From Fimicolochytrium jonesii (lineage: Eukaryota): a stretch of 64,000 bases of DNA. Under the pieces are notes generated by a model that worked only from the letters and a program-made list of their open reading frames with translations, was not told the DNA's origin and did not search any database. The DNA lies in NCBI RefSeq assembly GCF_025526975.1, contig NW_026515671.1:124001-188000 (forward strand), read 5' to 3'. Made by a program: the position numbers and the translations under genes. Positions 38,679-50,816 of the stretch are shown piece by piece; the first letter of the stretch is position 1; every line of letters starts with the position of its first letter.

Positions 38679-40187
38679 CTACGCCAAAGTCCACAGCTTA
38701 GAAAGAGCCAACACGGCCTCCACCTTCCCCGAAATCGCATTCGAATCTGATCCAAACATCGGCGCGCTTGCCTGAGCAACAGCCTCCTTGGCCGTGTCCG
38801 CCAACATCGAAAGCATCCGCGTGCGGACAGCCACTTCCTTGTCCGTCACTGGTCTCCACTCCTGAGTTCCGGTGTACACGGGCGCGTCGTGCGACACGAA
38901 GCCGGCCTTGTTGGCGAACTTAACGACGTTGTTGACGAGCGCTTCTTGCTCCCGGATGGCGGCAATCTCGGGTTTCGTGTAGTTCATGTGCTTCAGCCAG
39001 GTCTCGGAGATCCGCTCAACGGGTTTCAACCGGGTCTTATCCGCAGCGCCGGGGACCGAGCTTGTGGCATTGACATCGGCTGGGGCAGCGGTTCCCGTGA
39101 ACAAAAGACCCGTAGGAGCGACGCTGTTGCTGTAGCGATAGCACATGAGGTCCCCCGCGGTCGTCGAGAGGAAGGATCGCACGGGGGTGTTGGGATAGAG
39201 TGAGTTGTATTGCATGATGTCGTTGATGGTGACGGGGCGGTTGAAGTCGTTGTAGGTGTTGGCGAGGGTGGGGTTGTTGCGTTGCCAGAGGGTCCACAGG
39301 CGGTCGACTGGGTGCGGATATGATAATGTCAGTGAGAGTCGATTGAGTGCATGCAGTGTACCGTACGTACCATTCGCGTGATGCAGATAGAAGAGGGGAT
39401 CATTAGGAGAGATCGCCACAACGAACATATCCCCGCCCATGGACGTATGAAGAAGATTATGCGGCTGGCTCTCGAAATTGTTGCGGAACGAAGCATACGA
39501 ACTCCTCGAGTTCTGCAACAGGGTCTGCACAGCGACGCTGTTGTAGAGGCTTGGGCCCGAGGTCGGCCTGTTGTTCACATTAAACCAGCGATGGATGCAG
39601 TTCGAGGTCCCCGGGTTGGTGAAGACGGTGCGGGTGCCGACGAATTGTCCGTTGTAGATGCAGTTCTGTTGGTTGGGGTTGCCGTTACTGCCGAACCAGC
39701 GATTGGTGAGCAGGACGGAGTTTTGGGGGGCTTGGGAGTCGAGTGTCCTAGAGTCCGGAGACGGTAGACAATCAGCATCAGCGACGCAATGCGTACGGTA
39801 GAACCGGATGGGTATGTGAGGTACGCACCAATCCCAGAACGGCAAACCCCCATTCCATCCACACTTCGTACTCATCCAACTCTCAAACAACGCCAGCATG
39901 CCTCGATGCCAAGGCAAAAAAGAAGCGCCGTTGTGGGTCTGCGGCGCAAACTGCCTATGGATGTAGACCAAATCATCGTATAGCGTGCGCGACCCCGTCG
40001 ACGGGATCATAGACGGTGCTTGTTGGGGGTTGCGCAGGCACTTGACGGCGTTCATGAACAGTTGCTTGTCGCCATCGGAGAGCTCGCGGAACTCGCGGCG
40101 GGTCGTGGGGGCGGTGCAAGCCTTCTGAGCGATGACCGCCTGGGTCAGCGCTAAAAGCGCGAGTGCTAGGCTGAGGAAGGAGACCAT
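38679..40187 (-). CDS. Secreted tyrosinase / di-copper centre protein (2 probable in-frame introns)
   Basis: Signal peptide; RREFRELS; CuA YDDLVYIH..HNGASFLPWHR; LPFWDW; CuB HNLLHTSMGGDM..SPNDPLFYLHHAN-VDRLW. Confidence 0.92.
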   Translation of the reverse strand: MVSFLSLALALLALTQAVIAQKACTAPTTRREFRELSDGDKQLFMNAVKCLRNPQQAPSMIPSTGSRTLYDDLVYIHRQFAPQTHNGASFLPWHRGMLALFESWMSTKCGWNGGLPFWDWCVPHIPIRFYRTHCVADADCLPSPDSRTLDSQAPQNSVLLTNRWFGSNGNPNQQNCIYNGQFVGTRTVFTNPGTSNCIHRWFNVNNRPTSGPSLYNSVAVQTLLQNSRSSYASFRNNFESQPHNLLHTSMGGDMFVVAISPNDPLFYLHHANGTYGTLHALNRLSLTLSYPHPVDRLWTLWQRNNPTLANTYNDFNRPVTINDIMQYNSLYPNTPVRSFLSTTAGDLMCYRYSNSVAPTGLLFTGTAAPADVNATSSVPGAADKTRLKPVERISETWLKHMNYTKPEIAAIREQEALVNNVVKFANKAGFVSHDAPVYTGTQEWRPVTDKEVAVRTRMLSMLADTAKEAVAQASAPMFGSDSNAISGKVEAVLALSKLWTLA

Positions 40188-40382
40188 GTTCTGCTAGATC
40201 CAGATACCGGCGAAGAAATGCTGAACTGGCGAGGGCGGGAACGGCGGACGCAATTTATACCCGCCCCATCGGTGAAAGACACCCTTGACTGCAGAGAGAG
40301 ACCCGGCATCAAGAGAAATACTCGACACCTAAGGCGCAGTTCTGCGCAACCGTGAGGTCCCAACGAACGTAAAGGCGTACCG

Positions 40383-40800
40383 GACGACATCTGTGCGGAA
40401 ATGCTGCGTCAAATTAGAAAGAAAGCCAGCGGCCGTGAACGGCGGGGCTACATACCCAGCCGACCCGTGCATAACCGTGAAGTCTCGGGATGACATATGT
40501 GCGCCATGGCACAAACGCTGCGTCAAAGAAAAAGGAAAGCCAGCAGCCATGAACGGCGGGGCTACATACCCAGCCGAGCCTTGCATAACCGTGAAGTCTC
40601 GGAACGATATCTGTAATATGTATGCCATGGCACAAACGCTGCGTCAAAGAAAACAGAAAACCAGCAGCCATGAACGGCGGGTCTACATACCCAACCGAGC
40701 CTTGCACAACCGTGAAGTCTGGACGACCATAATGGACGACGGGGACAACATCTGTGTGCCGTGTCACAAACGCTGCGTCAAAGAAGAAAGAAAACCAGCT
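40383..40800. repeat. Degenerate tandem repeat, ~3.5 units of 114-134 bp
   Basis: gctgcgtcaaa recurs at 40403, 40517, 40638 and 40772. The conserved tgaacggcggg..ctacataccca..aaccgtgaagtct block appears in three units. Confidence 0.9.
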
Positions 40801-41399
40801 ACGTACGATGCAAATCATAAGGTTCTTCTGACGGGAACACTGTCGAATTCCCAATTCAGCTCATGATTAGTGCAACCTGTGACATTAGTCGCAGCCTCAC
40901 GCTCACGGTACACATGAGCCTTGGCCGTAGATGCGTGAGAAGCGCAAAGCACTTGAACACAGATTGGAACACAATTCTGTAATTGAATGACAACTGGCAG
41001 CGCAGATCTACAACAAAAACTTGGAAGAGGGTCCCCGCGGGGCTCCAACTGCATGGCCGTACACCCGTAGGGTTGCATCAAAGCCACGGTCGATGAATTT
41101 GGTGATAATGATTTATACCGAGGAAGACCTGAGGCCTGGGCAGCTGGGCTGCGTGAAGAGCGCATTTTGTTTGTGAGACCCATGGAGCAGTCTATAACGA
41201 TATTTGGGTCGTCCGGCATCCACGACCGGTTTGTCACCATGATTTCTCGCCGTGTTTTTTGGTAATCTTTTCGAACTTTGGTCGAGCAATAATGCAGCGG
41301 CAACAAAGTCGTGAGTCCTACGTACAGAACATCTACAACCCGCTAAAACCCATGTCCCTACATTGACCGACCCCGACCCCAAAACCTCAGAAGCCAAAC

Positions 41400-42450
41400 C
41401 CTATCAAGCGTGTTCACCAGTCCGTCCAGCCGCTTCCCTCGGCCACAAAGAGTAGTTGCCCTTTGGTGACCAGTGACCATCAACGCTCCCAGTAACCCTC
41501 GATGATGCCATTCATTGCATATTTAGAATGATTCAGGGCATTGCCATCGAAAACTCAATGCATGGACTTCTGAACGAAATCGGTATGGCTGTAGCAGCCA
41601 CACTTGCCCTTCGACGGAGAAATAGGTGTATGGGAGACTGGCGAGGATTCTCCCTCCGCGATGATATCCCACATCTTGCTCGGTGGGACTTCGGTAGGTG
41701 GTTTCCATCCGTTTATCCAGTCCGGTGATCGGATAGTCGACGATAGCTTCCGCTAGAGGGTGTGAGGTAGCTGAGAAGGTCCAGGGCCATCCCCGTCAAA
41801 TCGTTGAGGTTCTATGGCGTGCTTCTAAGGCGGCTCAAGACACCCTGGCGATCTCGACATGGCCAACACTCGAGACAGGCCATCGTAAACATCCACCAGT
41901 TGTCGAAGACAAATTATTTCGCCGCTTGTGCGAACTTCGCGCTCCAGCGGATGCAGGTCTCCTCCCGTGATGCTTATTCATCGGTCGTATAGATCAGTAC
42001 AACGCTGCTTGGACCGACGACCTTCGTCCAGAATGTGCTCGACTTCATCCTCCTTCCCTCCCTTATCTTTGAAGAACAGCAACGAGCCGGGAATGAACTC
42101 GTGGATGTTCTTCGTGCGCAGCCACACCGACACGTTGTAGAATACAACATGACTGAAGTTCTTGGCGTTGAACATATTCCAGACTATGGAGACCTGCAAG
42201 AGGCACTCTTCGTATTGATGCCATTTGGCTTCCATGAGATCGCCGATCTCGTTCTCCGTCGGAGGGTGCAAATAGCGAGCCAGCTCAGCAGTGCAGATTT
42301 GGATCTCAGTCAGCGTCACCAGCAGAGTGCAGTCGTCGACTATATCACGTACGCGATCCAAGGGCATCGTGTTTTTTACTCAGTTCGAGATCGAGACCCA
42401 ATCGAAGCGCCATGTGGTTGACCGCCTTGTCGCCATAGAAGTTGCTCAGA
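41400..42450 (-). pseudogene. Possible decayed gene of unknown family
   Basis: A 129-aa protein-like ORF (41978-42367) continues as stop-interrupted coding-like frames. No recognisable motif. Confidence 0.25.
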
Positions 42451-44644
42451 CCGACGACAAACGGTTCTTGTGTATAGTCACCGTCTTCAGAACCCCAGCA
42501 CGGATCCTCGGCAACAGCGGGCGGTTCGGGGGCTGCCGACATTTTGACACGATACCTGCGATTGCCGTTAAAGTAAAGACAGCTCGATGCCCTTCCGACG
42601 CCGTCCTAGCTGTCCTGTGTTGAGTGATCTTGAAAGGCAAGCTCCTATAATAATTCCCCGGTGGTCACGTGCAGGGTCGCATTATATATCACTTTTCACG
42701 CGGTCACGCATTTTCTCTTTCTGTGACTGCACAGTACTGTACCATCCATTCCAGATCTGTTAAGATGACGGCTGGAAGAAGAAGGCCGCCATCTTTGCAA
42801 GCTGCCGCCGACTCAAAGTAGACCTCGGGTTTTCAGCAAGATGAGGCACTCCGGGCGTATCTCAGCCCTTACTACCTCGTTTACGGTGCCACATCCAATC
42901 ATTCTTTTCGAATCTGTTTTTCGGGAGGCGAAGGCATTACTGCCGTCGATGCGCTGTTGATGACTGTCTGGTCACCATCACGGAGAAGATCACAAGAGCA
43001 ACGCCCGTCGGCACAAGCCTATCTTTTACAGTTTGTGGAAGAGGGGAAGTGGAGCGCGCAATGATCAGAAAGCCCGTGGGGGTTTCTCCGCACGCGGTTG
43101 CGATCTCTATCGGTCGGACGGCCAACCTCGCGGTGATCTTGAGATTTGGAACAAAGTCCTTTGCTGGTTGATGGCGGTGACCGGATGGTTGAACGACCTT
43201 CTCTTCCCACATTGCTCTGTCCAAGGAGGCGGAAAAGAGGCGATAGCATACGAGGAGGATGGCGATCAGGCAAAAAGATACGGAGGACTGAACAGCGGGA
43301 CCCGAAAGCGGGAGCACCCGTCATTGCTCGGGAGGACATGGATATTCAGGCAAGGATCGGGAGTATATACCGATGGATGCTGAAGGAGGTGTCCCAGAAT
43401 GTTTTGGAGGCGGTTGTTTGAGCATGAGGCACATTGATGCCGTGCCGCCATCCGACCCTTACCATGTGTTGATTGCGATGCCGATTCTTGGTAAAGGGTG
43501 CTGTTTGTTGCGATTATGGGAAAGGTTTACTCGTTCCGTTCAGCAGATATGAACGGGATAGCCAATGAGGTGTAGGTTGCCAAGCACTCGTAGAGTTGCC
43601 TCCCTTATAACTCCGCTGCTGAAGCTCTCCATACTTGCGCACCAAGGACTCGGGAACGCGATGTGGTTTTGAAACTTGACAGCATTGACAGCAGTGGCCT
43701 TCCAGGAAGGTGGTAAGCGGGAGACACCACTGAGTTACAACCGTGTATTGGTATAGCGATAGTAGCCATTTCCAACGGAACTTCCGCTCGAAAGTGGAAA
43801 CCTGCGATAGTAAGCCACGAACGGCGGGCCGGAGTGCTGTGCGGTCCGTAATTCCGAATCCGCCTTTGGAAATTGCGGCGGGAAGACTATCATATGAGGT
43901 CTGACTCTCTTCTGTGCTCCGCGCTCGTCAACAACCGCTTTTTTCTTTCTCCCACTTACCGACCACGGACACCGTCGGTGCCAGCACTCAGGACATCATC
44001 TTTCGCATAATATCCATATCATTGTATTGCAAAACTCATATACAGTACTGTACAGTACCTCTGGCAAACGAAAAAATGTCATCAGCGATCGCTCTTACAC
44101 ACCAAACTTGAACCTGAATCTCCCAAGGATCTCCATCCTGCTATGCCGCAAATTAAATTCGCACATATTGCGAACACCAGCATACACCTCCAAAATGCCC
44201 CGTGATGCTTCGAAATTTGACCTCGCAACTTACTCGTACACCGGTCCAGACTTGCACAGATGTCTGCCGCCGTTCAAAGTCTCCAAACTTTTTTCGGAGG
44301 TGGGTTCGTCTCAGCTCATCGATAACGTCCGGCAAACATATTGGTCATTTCTCGGCCCCGTTGTGGTGCGTATTCTCCAACCCGCTCTGGCGGGATGTCC
44401 ATAGAATCTTTTCAAATCGACCCCGATGCTGGGCGATGGGACCGGTTCCTCTTTTTCATCAGCCGTCCGCCTCATCGATATTCCGTAAACACCAGGAGAG
44501 CGTCCGTATATCGATTATGCCTACTACGCCTATTCCAGCAGAAGGCAGCAGGAAATGCAGTCCATCCGGTATAAAAAGCGGGAGTTGCAAGCCAGTCATG
44601 TCGGTCGCCACGCAACCCCCAACATACCCTCGATACCGTTCACA

Positions 44645-45628
44645 ATGGTCGCCCTGAACTTCCTTGCGCTCGTCGCCGTCTCCTGCTCGGCCTTCGTTGC
44701 CGCCCTTCCTACGGCCCAGCAATTCGACTATCCTTACGGCCAAGGCCGCGGCGATGTGGCGGTGGTGGGCTCAACCCTCAAGCACGTCAACCGAACGCAT
44801 GACACCTTCAGCGTGCAAATTGCCGTTCGCAACAAGGCGTTCGAGAAGCAAGTCGGCATCAAGTGGACTCAAGAAGCGTGGTCCTCGAGCGAGGAGGTCC
44901 CAGCGCACTATGTCGGAGGACTGGACAGCGGCTTCGAGTTGTGGGAAGTCACGGACGTCGGCCCTTTCGACTCGACCAAATATCCCATGGAATTCTGGGA
45001 CCCAGCGTTCACCGCTTACGCCTCGTTCGCCAACGGACCCAGGGTCTGGGACCTGTACCCGAACTACAACGTCCTGATCAAGGCCACCCAGGACAATCCG
45101 ATGATCATACTCCCTGAGTACTCTTCTGGATTGCACTACGATATAGGGCAAAAGAAGTACGTTTTGAGCGTCGCCCTTCGCACTCTCGCGTTCGACCTTA
45201 ACGCGGACACTCAGGTGAGTAGTACATATGCTTCACTTACGAATCAGGGGGATGTGGGGTGATGGTGGGCGAGGAATTTTGGCCGCCCGAGAATTGGATG
45301 CCATCCAAAATGTTCATGCTCGATTGAAGTCATATCCTAACGCTTTATCGTTTTTGTTCACACGAAACAGCTCGACAAGCTCAAGGTGCGCTGGTCGATT
45401 GACGACTGGAAGACGTACAAAGACACCCCCGCTGTCCGGTACGATGCAAATGGGCACACATTCTGGGTTGATGCTGTCGTTGGCGATGCTTCGACAAAAT
45501 ACCCAACGACACTTTCCTACGCGTTCCTCTACACGCACTCCAAAGGCACCTTCTGGGTGAACAACCTCGGCAAGAACTTCGATACCGTCTTCCCCTCTGA
45601 GGTTCCTCACTGGCCGGGAGAGCAATAG
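44645..45628 (+). CDS. Secreted protein with two CBM21-like (starch/glycogen-binding) modules; intron 45214-45370
   Basis: Signal MVALNFLALVAVSCSAFVAA; VRNKAFEKQVGIKWTQEAWSS; second module LKVRWSIDDWKT...YAFLY..GTFWVNNLGKNF. Confidence 0.8.
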
Positions 45629-46069
45629 ATCCTCGGATCGGAGATAGATAGCACTTCAACATCACCCACATCTAGATACCTTACGCATCATAGAATCATC
45701 ATCTGTAGATCCAATCATTGCCTTTACAATACATCACATCCATTGTCCTCGCATCAGAATCTAGCGGTATTCGAGAATGTGCTTGGTTTTCCGCTGCGAA
45801 ACTACATACGCGAGTCTAGGCAAGTGAGGGTTACGCAGCGTACTGAGTTTGTCCTGTCGAGCTGTTGGACGGCCCGTGTGTTTTTCTGGTTCGGGGCGAA
45901 GCGCTGTCAGTGTGGTGTACAGTATGTGTGCGGCCAGTACCCTAAGGCCGTCAGGAGTCGCCAGATGATATGTAGGGACCGGAGATTCAACACACAAGCA
46001 TAGCCGGACGTTCCCGAACAGTTATCGCGCCCCGTCTCCTTCCCTCTTTCCGAGTCTCCGGCCGCACGA

Positions 46070-46401
46070 ATGTCAAAAGCACCTATCCGCATTCTCCTTC
46101 TTGGTCGCTCCCTCGAAATCGGCAAAACATTGCAGCAGCACCTCGCCCCAAAATACTCGCTCTCTCAATTCACTTCGGTGCAGGATATAGAAACGAACCT
46201 CTCTCCAAACCCCACGTCCGCTTCGGCCACCAACTACAGTACGACGCCGTACTCATCGGCGGCGGGATTGACGAAACGACGCGTGCGCGATTGGTTTCCT
46301 TGGTGAACGACCTCAGACCAGGATTGAGAATCGTGTCCTTGCCGCAAGGTGCGATAAGAGATCTCGGCGTCGATGGCGCGTTGAAGAAGACGAGGGAGTA
46401 A
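46070..46401 (+). pseudogene. Small alpha/beta protein split across two frames
   Basis: MSKAPIRILLLGRSLEIGKTLQQHL... then, in another frame, QYDAVLIGGGIDETTRARLVSLV...KTRE*. Confidence 0.45.
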
Positions 46402-46499
46402 AAAACTAAGTGTGCGATTACTATGGCGGCGCGACAATCGCCGTCGGGAACGACCAGGGGACCTTGGGGAACTTGAAAGGTATGCAGATATCCAGACCT

Positions 46500-47640
46500 A
46501 GGGGCGACTGAATTGCTCCAACAGAGCTCATAAGTGAGGAACTCCGCTGGAGGAATTCCGATACGGTCCCGGTGGAAGACTCGTTAACCGCAAATTGGAC
46601 ACTAAGTACGGAGATAAGTAAGGAGTGAGGGTGACTTTTCTGCATGACGTCCAGTAATGACCCCGCGCTTGGTGCAAGCTTACGGTCTGGAACTTGGTGG
46701 ACGGGACAATCCCGAGGGTTCAGAAAAGGGGCCAAAATAATGATCTAAAATATTGATCAGGGTCTGCCCTACTCTGGGATGCTTCCTTCTTCGTCGGCAG
46801 GCCCCCAGGTCGAATATCGCATCTTGAAGGATCGCCTGTCTCTCTGGTTCTTGTTTCAGTTGCACACTTCCCTGCGTAATAAACTTCTCGACAATCGCAA
46901 GAAGGAATCCCAGCTGCCCGATCAACATTGCGACGAAGTACATCTGGTTGTGATTGCTTATACCTCTTTTTTTGCTCTTCTCTTACGGTGTTTGTCCTGG
47001 CCGCTTGCCAGCCGCGGACGGCCTTCATTGGGACTGTTCATAGGAAGCCCTCTTCGGCACCCGGAGCGGTATGATGAGAATACTGATAAAGAGGCACAAA
47101 GTGGACGGAGAAGCCTCTCATTTTTCAGGAAATATATCCAGAGTGCGTTGCCAAAAGCGAATTCTCCGATTTCGATGCTTCTTGACTGCGACCGAAGCTC
47201 CTCCATCGTGCTTGGAAGCTCCATTGAGCTATACTGCCGTGTGATCTCGCACTTGCCATACATCCTCCGCAGAGGTGCCTAGGAGGTTAAACGTGGCTTT
47301 TGCCGGGTCCTTCTGGCATTTCTCCCGATACATATCTCCCGCGGTCGCATCGCTTTCCACAAGTTTCCAGTGCTGCTCTGTTAGTAGCCCTGTTGCTGAC
47401 CCTGTTGCCAACCCTGTTTCTAACCCGAAGGTGATGATGACATCCGCGCGTAAAGTTCGCGTTTTCGCCATCACTGCAGTGACCACACCCCTATCAGTGC
47501 CCAAATAGAATCGCCAACCATGATTGCCCCTCGGTGCCCATCCCCCTCGCCAGTCGGAACATCGGGCATCCGTGCAGTCGGAGAGAAAGTGTGCGGTCCA
47601 CATGCGCCCCCCAACGACGTCAAAGGCAGGTAGCATCGTT
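46500..47640 (-). pseudogene. Possible decayed gene of unknown family
   Basis: A chain of overlapping protein-like ORFs (47229-47636, 46958-47263, 46680-46943) in shifting frames. Confidence 0.25.
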
Positions 47641-47743
47641 CATGGCCGTTAATGGGATACTCAAACTTTTTTTTATTGTTTAGCAAGGCATATGGATCTG
47701 AATCCGGGAGGCCAGAGGGGCGTCATTCATCTCAGGCAGAGAA

Positions 47744-49578
47744 TCAGGTCAAAAGGACGCTCGCGATGACCGCCAGCACTCCCACGGTGATGAGCGGTGG
47801 CGATCGCACGACTGTCGACGCGCTGCTCTTCGTCGCGCTGCCGTCCACGTATACCGTCTTTTCAACGTACGAGAAGGCAAAAACAAAGCAGCGAATCAGC
47901 AAAAATTCCGGAAATGCAACCTTAGGTTCTCTAGATCCTTACCCATTCGGAGAAATGCGTGGTTTGGCAGGAGACGGTCTTCGCGGTGGTGTTGACCGAT
48001 GTGGTCTGCGGGACCCACACGTTGTCGGGGACCTTGAGGTACGCCCATCGAAGATCTTTGGTCGCCACCTTGGCCGCCGCCAGGGCTGCCGTGAGAAACC
48101 AGGGAGTTTAGCAAAGGGCTTTAAATGCTACTACGGAGAAGGTGGAGCGGCGATAAGACCACTCACCAAGATCATCATACACGTGATCCAAGGTAGCGTC
48201 CACGGCCTGACTCGTGTTCGCGTCGATCGTGTAAAAGACGTTGAGGGAGGTGGCAGACGCAGGTAGGGAGCGCCCAGCTGGCGGTGCACTCTTCCGCTCC
48301 ACATCAACCTGCACGAGAGCGCCTTTGGTGTCTAGGCGCATCTTGAGTTCCGACGTGAGCTGGACGGGGACACTACTAGCTTCTTGCCCCGGCCGGAATG
48401 CTAACGGAAGTTTCGCGAGAGTATCAGCATCATTCAGCTCTTTGGCGCAAGTCAACCCCTAGCCCCAGCCGAAATATTCCCCCCATCTTCCTGGTCCCCT
48501 GGGTGTGCTTACCTTGTGTTTTTTTCTCCAGGACGACCGGAGCGGCATCAGTGGCGGCCACTGAACCGTCTTTCTTCAGAAACGCAGAGCATGTACCCGC
48601 ATTGGAGATCAAGTTTGCGGCTATGGTGTCATTCCGTATTAAGGCATACCAGAAGACACCAGGGGAATCGGTGCTGAACATTGCGCTAGCGGCGCCGGTG
48701 ATGCTGCCCTTAAGTGGAGTACATGGGCAGGATTCGAGTTCTTTAGGCTTCACTTCGCTCGCGTCGTTTACCCGCGTGCTTGTGATAGTATTTCCCGTAA
48801 CTGTGATGTTAACGTGTGCTATGCAGTAGCCGATGCATGCATCGAAGCATGAGCCTCCAAAGCGAGTGTAGATGCCTCCACTGAACTTTGCGCTGCTCGT
48901 TGCGCTGGGGGAGGAGGCTTGGTCCGCTGGTGTAGAGATAACGCTGCCGTCAGAGCCGCCAGAGACAACAGAGCCACCGGGTGCCTCGCTCGCGGGGGGC
49001 GGCGACGATACGTATGAGCCATACGTCTTGTTCCCGGCTTGCAACGATGTCCATACATCGCTGAACTTTCCGCAAATGCTCCCGGTTGACGTCTTGATAG
49101 GCGGCCTGAAAGGCTGCCCCACCGTCGCGGTCGAATTGCGGCAGGTAGAAGTTGCGGGACAAAGGCCATTGCCAAAGAGGAAAAAGATGCCATCCAGCTG
49201 TCCGCTACCGCAACTGATCAAACTATCCGGTTCACGGTAGACCGCATTTCCGGAACCCCATCGTTCACCCACCGAAGGGTTGCTGCTGAGGAGTTGATCC
49301 GTAGTCATGGAGGTGTAGCATATGGTAGTAGAATACACAGGCACGGGTTTGCCCGTGATGTCGACCGTTTGGGAACAATTTCTTAAAGGAGCCACCATCT
49401 CACAAAGAGAAGGAGGGTAGTCGTCCTGTAAGGGATAGACTTTAAACCCGAGGAGATTCCCAGTACAGGTTGGATTGGCGTATAATTGAGTGACAACTCT
49501 CGGTGGCAGAGCTGTGACTGCCACGGATAGAGAGGCAGCCAGTACCAGAAGCCTGCTGATAAAAGTGAGGTCTCTCAT
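47744..49578 (-). CDS. Secreted Cys-rich cell-surface protein ending in a T-x-HFS-x-W module and a probable GPI/TM anchor
   Basis: Signal peptide. Spliced C-terminal exons give LRWAYLKVPDNVW..KTVSCQTTHFSEWTVYVDG..LITVGVLAVIASVLLT*. A frame break near 48430-48520 is unresolved. Confidence 0.65.
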
Positions 49579-50816
49579 TGCTGCGTGTATCGTCCCTCGT
49601 GCTGTCGTTGCGCGCCGACGGATAGAGTACGTAGGGGCGTTGTGTCGATGTCCTCATATAAATCCAGAAGCAGCAGGCCTGAACCTCGGAGGTTTTAGTC
49701 TCTCGAAGTCCGTTGCTTCTGCATGAGATGGTCGTCGGGGGGCCCGACATGGGCCGAACAAACAAAACCCCAAGCAAGGGAGGGAAGGGAAACACTCGAG
49801 AAAATACGCGGCATTGACGGGCCATTGACGGGACGTCGGAGTACCAAGTTTTCATCATCGGAAAGCGCGATTGACTGCTGTCGACGCCTTCCAACTTCCA
49901 GATCCAAGACCGTGGCGTTACAGGCGAAAGAACGAATGTTCGTCCTCAAAGGACTTTCAACTTCATAGTTCTCCCCCCCGGTCGAACGAGTTGAGCAACC
50001 GGCCCTACTCGTGCCAAGGTCTCGTATCATACTCGCCCGCCAGTCCAACGCACTTTTCTATGAACAACAAAAGTCAACGACCAGCTGCCGTCCATTTCCG
50101 TATTTCTTCAGGTGTGCGGGCAGTCCGGCGACTTCTGCTGGTGGCTATGCTCGGGATGATGTGTCCTTGTCTCTTCCACCGCGGGAAGTACCGGGTACAG
50201 CATGATACGAGACCTTTGGCACGGGTACCCATAACTTCGTGAACAACTGATACATGGCTAAAGCCATCGCACCATTTGCTCGTGTTTAGTCTCTGACCCG
50301 CCCGCTCAATTGCAACGCTCACGCGCGATGCCAGTCTTGCCAGTGGGAGCTCACACAAAGCGTCTTGCCATTGCCGTGTCGCCGTTCCTTTCTCGGCAAT
50401 CCGACGAAGGCAATGTTGCCGTCGCATACAGCAGAGAAGCAGAGAAAGGTACAGACACCTCTGCTTATCAAGCATACGGTGTGACCTACTTCAGGAAACG
50501 AAGAGCGGAATCTTCCGAATTGGCACGCAATCTTTGGGACTTTGAAATATACACGTTGATGTACTACATATACAGTACATATACAGTACAAGTTGCGCCA
50601 TCTTTGACATCGAAGTGGTTCCCAGTGCCACCAGCATGTTAATGATCCCATCCATTGACACCCCTTTGTTCAATCATTAAACTAAATAAGTTTAGATAAA
50701 CAAGAAAAGCGACACGACCGGATTTCGCCTCCCAGGATTGGAGGCACCGGAGCGTGTACACTAGCGTTCGTGCCGTATGAGGTCTCGATCAGATCGAAAG
50801 GAAAAGTCATTCCACT

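Noticed and set aside
40383..40800. CRISPR array
   Set aside because: The whole unit repeats with no unique spacers, there are no cas genes, and the context is eukaryotic.
40800..47700. Fanzor/TnpB or DNA transposase in the accessory island
   Set aside because: No RuvC, zinc-finger or DDE motif pattern was recognisable in any listed frame.
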